Below the pieces are notes generated by a model. The model worked only from the letters and a program-made list of their open reading frames with translations, was not told the origin of the DNA and did no database searches. Positions 29,101 to 32,784 of a stretch of DNA of 52,909 nt are shown here, piece after piece. The position numbers were made by a program, and so were the translations under genes. Within the stretch, counting starts at the first letter, position 1; each line of letters starts with the position of its first letter. This DNA comes from an uncultured Planctomycetia bacterium (GTDB lineage Bacteria; Omnitrophota; Gorgyraeia; Tantalellales; Tantalellaceae): positions 47,096 through 100,004 of the forward strand of contig CAYQUS010000006.1 in the NCBI GenBank assembly GCA_964421015.1. The letters are read 5' to 3'.

Positions 29101-31654
29101 GTACAAGGGTATGAAGGATGATAAAGAGGAACAGGAGGAGAGGGAAGCGCTTTCGCCGTCTCTGGATCTGGAAGAATTAACAGCGGCTCTCGATACTAAT
29201 CCGGCTATGGACGTCCGGGAATTTCATAAAGCCACAGACAGTTTTATTAGCACAAGATCCAACGGTTTGTATGATCTTTTTAATAACGCCGATCAGGATA
29301 TTCGCCGTGCTGAGCTGGAAAGGATAGTGAGGAGAAAATATGCCGGGAAATATATGGGTGAAATACCTGCGCACATACTCAAGGATAAAAATGGAAAGGA
29401 TGTTGTTAGCCGCGAAGGTGATAGAATACTTGTTGTAGCCCGCGGAATGCTTAAACCTTTTTCGCTTTTCGCTAGAGTGGAAAATGAAAAACCCCTGCCG
29501 GGGCTGTCTGTTATATGGGTCGATACTGCTTTTTACGGCAACGAGGAACTGGAAAATCTTATTTTGTCGGGAAACCCGGCTGAAAGATCGGAGGATGTTT
29601 TAGGGGGTCTTTACCGGACTCTCCCTGATAGTCTGAAAAATGAGATCGGTCAAGCGAGGATCAACAGGATATTCGACCGGATCCATACGGCAGCGCAGAC
29701 CCATCTGAATGAGTACTATTCGATGAGAGCTCACCCCGACGTGGCCGCGCCTAAAAAAGAGAAGGAGAGAGAGCTGCCCATACTTACGGTAAAAGTGAAT
29801 TCTGACGGAAAGCTGGCTTTTGCTCAGGGATGGATGAATACGATACAGTTCCGAATTGATATGCACGAATGGTCGAGCGAGGATGAATTGGCTTTTGTGG
29901 TGGCACATGAATGTGACCACATATGGCGCGACAAAGATTTTGATCATGATAATTTCGGACTTATGGTAGCGGCGCAGATAATGGCGGATGAAGGCGGAGT
30001 TCATCTTATGAAGTGGGCCGGGTTCGATCCGGATGGGGCCATAGAGGCTTTCGACAAATGGGTGGATACGGAGGCTAACAGGACGAGAGCTCCCGAAAAA
30101 AGTCTAGGGGAAATATCTGCCAGAAAGGCTGCTCTAAGATCGGCCGTTGAGACTTTTAAGGACATTTCTTCCGATAGTGAAATGAAAGATAGTTCCGGCG
30201 ACGAGGTAGAAATTCTGTCTAGATCCGGGAGCCTTATCGGCAAGGTTGAGGTCGAGGTTGATGGTAAACTGAAAGTTTTGACCGATGGTTTCGCGGCCAG
30301 GGAAGTAACAAGGGATGGCAAGAAAATGTTATCTGTTTCTCATGCCGAACTCGCGGAAGACATAGCGGTAGGCCTCGGTGAAGAAGTTGAGGACGCGGGC
30401 GCGGTGAATAGCGCCGTAAGCTCGCTTTTGAGCGGCGCGAAGTTCCTCAATGCCGGATATGACGCTGAGCTAAAACAACTTATGGAAGAGAAACTGTTAA
30501 ATATAACGCGCATAGTCGCGCTTGAGCCTAACGAAAATATTGTGGGATTTTTCTCGGACAATACACTCTATGTAAATGAAAGTCTTCTTGCCGACAATAT
30601 GGCGCTTATACATGAACTTGGCGAAAGCCTGGCCGAAGGGTTTATAGCCTCTATTACTGCTGAATACCCGGGCATAAATATGCATACTTACATGCGCGGC
30701 GCCGGGAAGGATGTTCACAGGGCCTATAGCGCGCTTAAAGATCCGGCTTCGATCTTGAAAGAAAGCGGCGCAAGGGGACTGATCGACGCCATAAATGTTA
30801 AGATGAAAGAGCTTACCGGGAGGCCGGAAATGTCCCCGGCAGAAGAAGCTCTTATACTGCTGAACGCTTCTCAAAGAGGGACAGCGGTTTCTCCGGACAA
30901 GGATCCGACCCGGGGTCTTCTTTTCGGGTTCCAGGACAGGCTTGACCCCTCGGGCAACGTAAGGCTTTCTAAACATATCGGTCAGGTGCTTAACGACATG
31001 AATAGAGGAGCGCTTAACATAATGGTACTTCCTGCTGGTGATATAATGTCAGAGGCGGCCAAGAAGTCGGCCGGCCGGCAGGCCTCGAGAACCTTGGAAC
31101 GGAAGTTTGGCACAAACACCCGGGTATACAGTTTTACCTCTGATATTGTTTCTTCTATAAAAACAGCCATGGCCGAGGCAGAGAAGGCCATGGAGAACAC
31201 ACAGGAAAAAGTTTATCCGAAAATATTCGTTAACTGTGTGAGCCTTGAGCAGAAGAATAACGAGGTTATGCCTTACCTGGAAACTCTATCTCCTGACGCG
31301 AGAAATATGATAGTGGTAAATTATGAAAATATACCTGATGCCGAAAGGTCCACGATAGACGAAGTGGCCATGATAATGGTGGGTAGCGCGATATTGAACG
31401 ATCATAGGCTCAGTGTAGACTTTAAACTGCCGAAAGAAGCGTTATCCGAGGGCAGAAAGAACATGATAACCGCTTTTAGCGAGGCGGGAATAATAGAGAT
31501 AGAGGAAAACGATGACCTTGCTACGGCCGAGGGGCTAGACAGCATAATGCAGAAGTTCTACACCGGACAGAGGCCTCTTACCATAAACAAGATAAACTGG
31601 CAGGAACTCCGAGATTACCAGGACTCCATGGATCTTATACTTAAGTCGGCGTAA
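8153..31654 (+). CDS. Giant (7833 aa) exported multi-domain protein
   Basis: Uninterrupted 23.5 kb ORF with an N-terminal signal-peptide-like segment. Motifs read by eye: IQDAH..EGG..GGFH (8453-9658), SLT-like (10300-10900), HExxH at 12329, 15416, 16043, 28481 and 29906, FHA (14150-14320), SAM-MTases (14480-15060; 26250-26900), ABC1-like kinase (19180-20360), TPR-like repeats (20930-21260), GT9-like (21670-22700). Confidence 0.93.
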   Translation: MKMLSTKIAATDKGTIGNKAKRRFKALVSMVTAVAFLSNTLMYDSALASQVSARYAQDHSGTGAKNGYDELGADNFSIPDFLGEIKSRHDSAGSGTMVVHIQDAHCNYDCQKAISGIISYIQENYGINTVNLEGGDGLYDLSVFTDIQDAPVREKVADYFVNEGILSGAEYFSAVFPEKTELWGIEDPGLYAANRDVYRSSLKNIAAVNSALSVIHTQLNALKDSTYSDDLKDLDKKYGEYKSGEMDLKDYLSFLFLRGDERGVDRGAYPNISSLYETAEQEKNIDFRAANSQRHLLIDRMGRNLPPKIVGELGVKTLKFRSGEISQTEFYEFLSKMSLRAGISLSEFPELEKYIKYVSLYDSIDKSAVISEMSSLEEDLCRRFSSGEKDRELWEISRNLTFLENMFATRLTREEYSRYKSGPEDFSAARITAFIEKENPAGKLEIRLASAAAEIDRQKDEISGFYEYSFKRDDVFLEKMKFSSRGEGGKRRYAMLVTGGFHSENLGEIFRKKGFSYVAVMPKFRNCEGYESPYYRLLGGEESPVIAAIKQNASASASALALYGFFCATSGEVNGDADVNAVKTWVKLVTAVFSQDLSDGPVDVDGAYRVSEASSDESDDAAGIVLDVDGRKVIVTYLSSAQESAADGRLSRRNFLKMLGIGAATAIIPVRSEAEEEPTREEKESQISEYLMSGSLDGIKISEQYLSKVKEFISDRVFSDIPTIYSESQLPPWFLFRHYCALEFGETGTSAPGKSGLHVSKANAHGPIQMWTDQAVQLNKNLTTWRTSKRSKDSPRDREKLKALEESFAKFGFNIDKGIEVARIKKDAKYSVAMAVANLRLIFMDWERFFEKGADPVERNVMERQKRFYTLSLVALHNSSPITVKLAIQNGGEAWVEKLRDETIGLMWRFCVFLKAVNTDPDVAALFAEIDPQINIPEDAFLSGEESPVPLMATRELEPVNFDEIMSRVDEAAYAKEKQSSNKVNELTMKSFGIFDLVIYALAGAGAAVISRRMLFPLKNNTHATKERTMQDKSIDMVARVFAEYGKEISYEEAKFVWLAMQEDLRIGGMDDSPLAVQRGLVRLISEMSPDGFLDAFTEEYGTPESPAERLLNSLRNIFSPGREGSDSDDVNIAAGGSIKVTHTDVNKFVGDNLPRGLWGESLEERAENLDNLVEEGTAKVRVTDDGTEVVLIPIKGLFRACGQFGHIGLGRAYGRPVAWIDSDYMDNDIVIGHELYEIDRWEQHRKTLGYDPDMMRGWIRANFDQARKLAVTWHNDNKYSVEDLFLENKTGVQVERLDSILTRMKVFYSGEKFKEYMRSLAVKYAENGLELVNIDGLEGELLSRIEEIISGVDLKVLSESRSPIGIRGSTIEVLLAYAEYMSDEELAIVLGHEVGHELADIFLPELSPDAKFLRQAAALPTDLAIIGEDGEFLSIIHQVYRHGGKKRESAENEIQQRELFSDEIGIFLAGAILPAELRIRAGEIAGDVLNKTSEFIDNNLKDDSGSGFLSVRTHPSIEARAANLGFGLGIKTAVMLTGVDPLKEVAGEDKADEISGSYPLRDLLSIFVETYGTDFDPQEIDRDVNLAAGPGTGVSPLRKKPLLGVILDHVKTLGHKPGDEIIVGFTSDGIPIKGIFRGMDEYGEEIIFSPTGFNFGAILGKNKVLSSERYLLFNRYAENGSLIIGGKKHSLSGLDFGHEKFPEIEGMSLREVLRYMAIAEEGGWYAWDYPLVSGYDLATKNETEEDKRSLAGRPRGGMAFYSLKEGRLVTYMYTSVEVPNGKGVEWRIARIESGKPLPQNETAAPSYLVNGIRDVEDMGQENFENFFDMYCLTDSWDRSLIRAMAAVLRGEKDAEKLKNLLRPFDKWGDEVRVSPEDVRAYMEARAEYTALRGDDDKRRTGFYSARSFLMGLYDETEKSENYFRYFGAVKDSAMNKLASLDDVLRRYSSVRFPSEKEVSPEVQKTAGEVKSGDSISFGSETFVLEFKGGKYLIAGKVLEDGGTYSVGRGSENYIRVLNGSVSREHAVIKVYDGKVFIEDKSSMNGTFVNGKKIASPTESKPGQRKEAASSSRVYAVFNNWQKGLVNIAGSMDEVKAHNYDDTSMFHIVPVDVPQDVYVGAHQSSIISARAAADIDNVKPGSRVLVIGTGMGLEAYIAMGRGAHVDAVDINPSALKSTENLCGKLPPEGRGSLRTFLYDVMPGGIRENALADEYDLIIFNMPHYAAPTSGDDKEITATRDPGGQLIGPTSEIVKTRLASGGRAVLVNTEGENVRKTLESQIGLTVFPDPIYGMDPSMAYVVENGNNAILNDLIDLLGIDVSRNFGVRKQLVALAELIRRKQLAAGGVSVPEVTEGDLAGINIPDIIVKVNRLNGKTLGMLGMGGMMPGAAKAQSLMVNLLSGRAPVTNMFLRAWGVVSTPFHEFAHYLAALMFGANPKLSVSGLFTGEITIDRAPPSKAATYLIYSAGLLANLALAGASAYYLLNYGQTVSVFAWVLLTWVAAANAASAIIELVGAPFGKGDLAKARARRVDDSEVFKGDVKELVLDTRVLGLIKFMNESSGFLKLDHPIVSKLQEYVDRMTGQGMRAPRLLIAIDGESPDAFRVPGNIVINLALIRALDTLGEVVSVIAHELGHEEAPEKVFNNIGSGRMHELSADHDAVEKVTAMDFPSNSMENALRKIIKPRSFQDAVHGSLSHRIVPILAGWALNDLEARYGALSRDEQSIPDTWKFGIQKSVYEKLIYGNPNREFYRALEGASFDLVKDTLEKIMKDSPLGEYSDTPKRGEHVLSEKVLAMLNRMNAILEDTAIKEGLGDDERNAIFLGATKVMNEPVFRPPYSDKGIAYFEDSAKWKYTLIARGDHKKATKSERAITAIMRSRIEQYLKTLDPLNLRGEITAKHFASPVYFSPSAHSIELMIHDKEIAKNIFGVGYISEESPIFISNMISFLEKFNGEMSGYERQSIVGGIFIRFIELYWERKAWTFSRDNVLELISQLRESFKLVEGNSLFGKFYSEISTEGWDYNRFFKYIAPESGVVGKEEYERLLFGRKDENYERLMDCFRNRDEDAFMEVLRISGVYKTLKYLSKEDYPGTAEIFAADGNLPAWVVSVLEKRWEDIDEYSFGEIKALLSSSHVPMINDLVELYKAVEPPIAKIISASQIIAGLPVDDHVENYLSMSKEFLDSASVSAAISSMSVENQGLLFAGLAAIFRGKFDFFYELEVERYGAVDDYLKMQAWTDYIKLTQEKLKLEPSLEGLVNTYDLFVRLTYANFYGYHRYDDMLYAGLSEYSSGWMSEINQVFYESLLRLSDEALDVTKDQDLAVKYYLDIMDRFPASETKRGILDILARRLVDKLDEAHLSMFFERLSSKGHLSKNVYSYFVSKRINTFEDSEKMSKFIRDRYARMLSGEDIIPAFIAGMDTGGDQALSPETASDIFSAAMLSGKDEKVLWEALETHWYQIYVGGAKRLLYSFEVRDGRIEVVGLGRDNFVPLKTFVDSVLDMSENSKLALMERLLVSPNGLLHHESGRKRFVELIRENIPGSDSLSAILKEAVGSVVDNVDAERVFMMFRDVIRPFFLRRQEGFTVEGEFLKMLALRNISRVDEDNYINEDSVTRNLNGLSPEVFMSLIRGDIERAPLAARINYSKTRNDFLSRFGEKLGVGSLPESEVPPSDAGALDILILAAESLGPMGVRSLQVMGQYMDIPAEYETRFREVYDSNEGIDKFIAFDILKKSAERDPGVKYFLENELVSIGDKLGGGSIMTAFLIKVKDPATGKIRDEVLKVRAPNAEVRVDDTYEKLIRVVRDMKTRATASKKANYEIAERLLSDIRDWIRDDINDETFLELDQKYAEFHKNYRDSRGTRVRIPGAFSPNNRDVKREELVRGETLNSLLREGRGEILKPAVQAVVEDFARTLVNPVFNDSDGEEVFLLHSDIHFGNAMVEQKDPASTEDLTVALIDRNLYLRLTRKEVDFMRSLLLAENTSDIAHLSNVIKYFAGDLSGARQLAITASIARKIKMGGVKSGIGALAIILKEFEFNSIHVPIRMRILFKNLSAIETMLRTVDGGEFRDYLKTVIDLEREVSAEKETASKSFHMSDEALAAFRIEMLERIKAGNKMTIDDAIGYLESEKVPDYSPIMIALGNAKTKDLTREDDINSLMEGLSEEEEVALAILIQPRQGGGETGDTGIVGEMQEASPVPEDVHVEKEIEAMSSEAARENNAYNYTVCLELIAGDYHANIPLTAINTNLDGSVRDAELSTKTLVGVLNIQDDRSKYLSLQEITRACPLLRDTSQAGNVLTEALSIARNIQDDYYKSLSLQEIAKAYVLLKDYSRAGEILPEALSVALNILSDRSRSVSLREIARVYMTIGVDAGRLSVLRGQFENVRRLAEETFMDPNIAGQIIATLFKEKISPASINNESDIVDLFWKINDPAEKKIFLEKVIQPAFFKNRSLFTQDVLEKLQTLYLRDVPGTKHILFWANMKRDAPSLYLDEVFSLHGSVESILKKGKKRVLVGHNVYDGQGDELIINAPLIQALLDYNPELEVTIITLRPYLYSHPRIHVHDIGKEDVVTDRFFDMVADRPFDMVIEEFDSLPGSIKTGASLFLDIEIGSMWGYRPHHVERGVQKYHVEIEAQKYVIQIDADNVYTPGMELMAEFGLTFRAGIEKTQSGCIFTSTPYQIAEDYWENKVLPAAKGAKEIVVFNGFGGMLEEKGFARTSEGREQFREALTALIGSGRFVVILPNDQDWGTVEVANTMINSLSPEAKKFCMIAPSPIEDPLLHKYLVSKADRVVTVEGGLMHLAYNMGKPYVVLFAQDPDTIRRWAPVSASNEQKAYVSNLSPAAIIDSYLKNVPHLAPAIGTAEPETGIVVAMSGEKVPVVAEEAPEEREAREFIEANADFAAAIAPYRYLTDRYGYRPWKELYDAAGPIKYGHFVQVIPELAKIFTKEKLIEYWPDIVEIGKTASFNVPLLFSSILPGLKSAFGTEYLSDILRLGKEGGSNGYHVLDAILKLEEIITTRDELNKVGSDLLELSKTSGKKGWHLLGTGISAVTKTFAVKELKNRWPDLVNMGKAAGVDAGNLFEYGIPMVAKVFTAKEMDRGWHYLSKIAIDAGPASLYLFAKVVPALREYLVAKWEDEGSFEMPLHEVAAVLYAEEKGQDFEFELSARSDEESLARIASLALKFLDDKKDLHLRYLVYTGKYDEVKKLFDAGESSPSEIADMALAVRQADIASYATELAFSGKDRVKTDNYGNMMPLPYLVPLSDRIEVRAVRKEELINDLSSFGVKKPSEALDEALARGGMTVKNTADGDVIVPVVLDTVLSGYRGSRSVDHVKSTYLTYAITTVLFKYAKDGGAQASSGEKGERASGFTAVHEFDVNLMNLAGMTERSTDDYVARAFYYGEGMSLPEYARKRNMENYPFTPREQLAELMRYQRNERRAKQNIRQIFEWLSSGSLSDVEVASAIDAMRRELAVLDPWSGTCGLNEDYFDAVYGYLDGRFFEDLTTEYKPGSDNKVIINGRLKDAMSRHKVLVTRAVGEAPEVRSDHPWLATGITLIDYLENEEVILKGTPSYADLRTMRTPADLAPAPATGAADPETHVIGAMDEEEPEPAALAEKSGSHMPAGTDKLWVDGRLNSSGILLMHALNHFPEDGRLYPNSYFGDEPVLMRNPRNIVEFSFNNIIHYWMEATYIVIIPMTAMLDRQWVNIWYTATSHMGPVSLPKGTTIMVRRGREISEQQIEALKAKGISIVYFDEKGWADYEAVNVVKGMGYEPVTIFGGPFGGTDTSWKSEKTDMDYGSKENMPQLKQAIGQLAEELHIASAEPTSEYDIGYLTISMELLHSAFFGGDPNRPSVDWDEFNSCHERVLRDGRFSGTEAWTRFMMFVKFYRDIYRIYTLGNMKYQHALFWVNPDYIEFAIENDPEEVEEALVLRGRMLQEFNKLFDINISESDLASEEDFKKVAALAAEKRSQDEAGLLASAPTASGDRVETAAAADGATDIIGAMLGDAEPSALPDTYSYFANDPIGKDIPREVIEAGITATGRGGLSFGFANSSGEIQLKALSNSFKELIARKRSTGERTLVIRQIGPGDGSEAVSILRRLDDLIGYDPQGKWEVIIDVVDNNESILAEAEETLGAEMAGFENITCNVRYSKADVFDAAGLNALRTTGAAGSTDYIIFRNVLNIKQHIDRGDFELKDMAASFIALRNLIENFAGEDTKLVMEPYPIQPQDGLLANGILDAGDIKSFQEDNGFSNFLNLFGASDMMHIGISTASPAEEFPAEIKNEAKNILEARIEALKADPAQISMLMENIRAASVRGRMDFGTIADMVKDFYLITSRVPLPEIEGGREPGILEYESAGGTVRFFDVNIGTMEPDGKVLLAPELSSGDIGMVVRNSEDYFRNNKGRIADMAAARSLEAARSFMSLGEDREEERKSALEGMWRDIVEESNSSDEIWCLGAVSRLSALLAIHKYLESEMGVILPSYYRFVTDTGSFEGQVKDKGQSSPIGILGEKVGFAVGVSKGDIENMLKSGTLAHPETGDLIELTERDKDRLSRLISGAEKDVYVISYADLSREKLEDMLPNLGKYIVSSFEPRAAEIAEEVIQEDPADRTDGEGMSRRGFLKGVGAIALTAAMDTAALDVESFLAEATPEELAEKLLTRDNIDETSFEKMTNEYEYLTQAFSNTNFREFSRHKPSEKEISFLAGLIRHCQKVDTEKLNKLLGAVENVIIIENGPHDGGAGFGVFSNNSVVLEFDSDLPTLSEVSTPIYAGLLIHEAAHVEGARKEVPIEGILSEIYARLEVLDWKGVGANSQSWIDEEQYMVDMITLGIEKVKAEKSIAGTKVTRHDMEKSEAGKVWDYYWANGVTRMEAVRFMGAARGLLMMEGYADSEVKYISGTDKLRPDTKEREKGQPVKGYWIAFDLGGGKTAEIFSGVDEKGVLYVFYEGEWTKLSFKLEEAKAKMGRGFDGIGELTVAASAKWYKGMKDDKEEQEEREALSPSLDLEELTAALDTNPAMDVREFHKATDSFISTRSNGLYDLFNNADQDIRRAELERIVRRKYAGKYMGEIPAHILKDKNGKDVVSREGDRILVVARGMLKPFSLFARVENEKPLPGLSVIWVDTAFYGNEELENLILSGNPAERSEDVLGGLYRTLPDSLKNEIGQARINRIFDRIHTAAQTHLNEYYSMRAHPDVAAPKKEKERELPILTVKVNSDGKLAFAQGWMNTIQFRIDMHEWSSEDELAFVVAHECDHIWRDKDFDHDNFGLMVAAQIMADEGGVHLMKWAGFDPDGAIEAFDKWVDTEANRTRAPEKSLGEISARKAALRSAVETFKDISSDSEMKDSSGDEVEILSRSGSLIGKVEVEVDGKLKVLTDGFAAREVTRDGKKMLSVSHAELAEDIAVGLGEEVEDAGAVNSAVSSLLSGAKFLNAGYDAELKQLMEEKLLNITRIVALEPNENIVGFFSDNTLYVNESLLADNMALIHELGESLAEGFIASITAEYPGINMHTYMRGAGKDVHRAYSALKDPASILKESGARGLIDAINVKMKELTGRPEMSPAEEALILLNASQRGTAVSPDKDPTRGLLFGFQDRLDPSGNVRLSKHIGQVLNDMNRGALNIMVLPAGDIMSEAAKKSAGRQASRTLERKFGTNTRVYSFTSDIVSSIKTAMAEAEKAMENTQEKVYPKIFVNCVSLEQKNNEVMPYLETLSPDARNMIVVNYENIPDAERSTIDEVAMIMVGSAILNDHRLSVDFKLPKEALSEGRKNMITAFSEAGIIEIEENDDLATAEGLDSIMQKFYTGQRPLTINKINWQELRDYQDSMDLILKSA

Positions 31655-31677
31655 AGTTGGGAAGTATGGGGTAACAC

Positions 31678-31756
31678 GAAAGAGCCCGGCATATTCCTGC
31701 CAGGGCCCCTCCGCCCGGTGTGGATCCTCCCTGTACGGAATATGCCGGGCTCTTTC
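31678..31756. other. Perfect 20 bp inverted repeat downstream of the giant gene
   Basis: GAAAGAGCCCGGCATATTCC (31678-31697) and GGAATATGCCGGGCTCTTTC (31737-31756), with a 39 nt GC-rich interior, followed by TTCT. Possibly a terminator or RNA-stabilising stem. Confidence 0.8.
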
Positions 31757-31944
31757 TTCTCCGCTATGACACTTACCCCCTCCCTTCGCTCAGGAAACTG
31801 CAGCCTCATTGCCCTCGGGGACCATGCCCGCTCGGTCGACCAACGCCCTTCCGGGAACATCGGGCATCTGCCGGCAATACCCAATACATTGAAAGACACC
31901 TCCCCCGGGTGTTAAGGCAAGACTGGACCCAAGACATTTCGAAG

Positions 31945-32105
31945 CATTTTTAACAGAGAAAAAGTATGCCCGTTCCCTCATTATAGTGACGCTGTAGGGA
32001 AAATTTTCAACTGTTTGAGCCGGAACTATACACCACAATACAACCCGGCGAGTTTTGAAAATTTAGGGCTGACTTTTTCGGACCCTCCGAAGGAGGGGCT
32101 GTTAA
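31945..32105. repeat. Structured non-coding element, copy 2
   Basis: Direct repeat of 7725-7902 with the same nested complementary segments. It closes with CTGTTAA against TTAACAG. Confidence 0.85.
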
Positions 32106-32114
32106 GGACACCTT

Positions 32115-32172
32115 GGTGCCAGGCACTAAGATCGTGCCAGGCACCAAACTACCTGAAACAGCGGTCTCACTG
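32115..32172. repeat. GTGCCAGGCAC doublet plus CAGTGAGAC module (reverse orientation)
   Basis: 32115-32145 is the reverse complement of 6507-6536 with a 1 nt insertion. 32155-32172 matches 4496-4513 (reverse complement) at 16/18. Confidence 0.8.
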
Positions 32173-32181
32173 ACTTCCCCC

Positions 32182-32210
32182 TTGACATCCCAGGCTCATT
32201 ATTATACAAT
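32182..32210 (+). promoter_or_regulatory. Sigma70-type promoter for the rimP-nusA-infB operon
   Basis: TTGACA (32182-87), 17 nt spacer, TACAAT (32205-10). Confidence 0.75.
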
Positions 32211-32236
32211 CACCATAGACCCTTCCTTCTAAACCG

Positions 32237-32269
32237 ATAAGTGGGCCACACCAGCCCGCTTATTTTTTT
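32237..32269 (+). promoter_or_regulatory. rimP leader hairpin followed by U-tract
   Basis: ATAAGTGGGC-cacacca-GCCCGCTTAT then TTTTTT, between the promoter and rimP. Consistent with the conserved terminator-like leader known upstream of rimP. Confidence 0.6.
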
Positions 32270-32305
32270 GAATGGGCCTTGAGGTATAAAAAACAGGAAC
32301 TACAC

Positions 32306-32752
32306 ATGAATAAAGAACTTATTGATTTTATTGAGTCCGAGGCAAAAAAGCTTGGGTATACGGTGCTCGAGGTATCCCTTAAGGGTAAAGGCGGCCTTTC
32401 GGCGGACATAGTGCTGGACAAGGAAGGCGGCATAACCCTTGAAGAGTGTTCCGCGTTTAACCGCATGGTGTCGTTATGGCTGGATAAAAGCGCTTTTTCC
32501 GCCAAAGGATACACGGTTGATGTGGCCTCTCCCGGGCTTGACAGGGTATTGAAAAGCGACAAGGACTTTATCTGGGCCTCAGGTAAAAATGTGAGGGTAG
32601 CTGCCTCGGCGCCGGAAGGCGGTACGGCATCTTATGAGGGGGAGCTTAAGCTCTCGGGCGATAGGACCCTTACTATAGCCATGAAGAACGGTAACATAGT
32701 GGAACTAGACAGAAAAAACATAATAAAGGCACAGCTTTCGCCGGAGATCTGA
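32306..32752 (+). CDS. rimP: Ribosome maturation factor
   Basis: GGITLEECSAFNR and YTVDVASPGLDRVL; immediately upstream of nusA. ATG at 32306 preferred over the track start at 32279. Confidence 0.92.
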   Translation: MNKELIDFIESEAKKLGYTVLEVSLKGKGGLSADIVLDKEGGITLEECSAFNRMVSLWLDKSAFSAKGYTVDVASPGLDRVLKSDKDFIWASGKNVRVAASAPEGGTASYEGELKLSGDRTLTIAMKNGNIVELDRKNIIKAQLSPEI

Positions 32753-32784
32753 AGCGGAAGCGTAAAATAAAACGGAGAGATACC

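Noticed and set aside
8153-31654. NRPS/PKS or adhesin explanation for the giant ORF
   Set aside because: No adenylation, ketosynthase or carrier-protein motifs, and no long array of Ig-like or cadherin repeats was seen.
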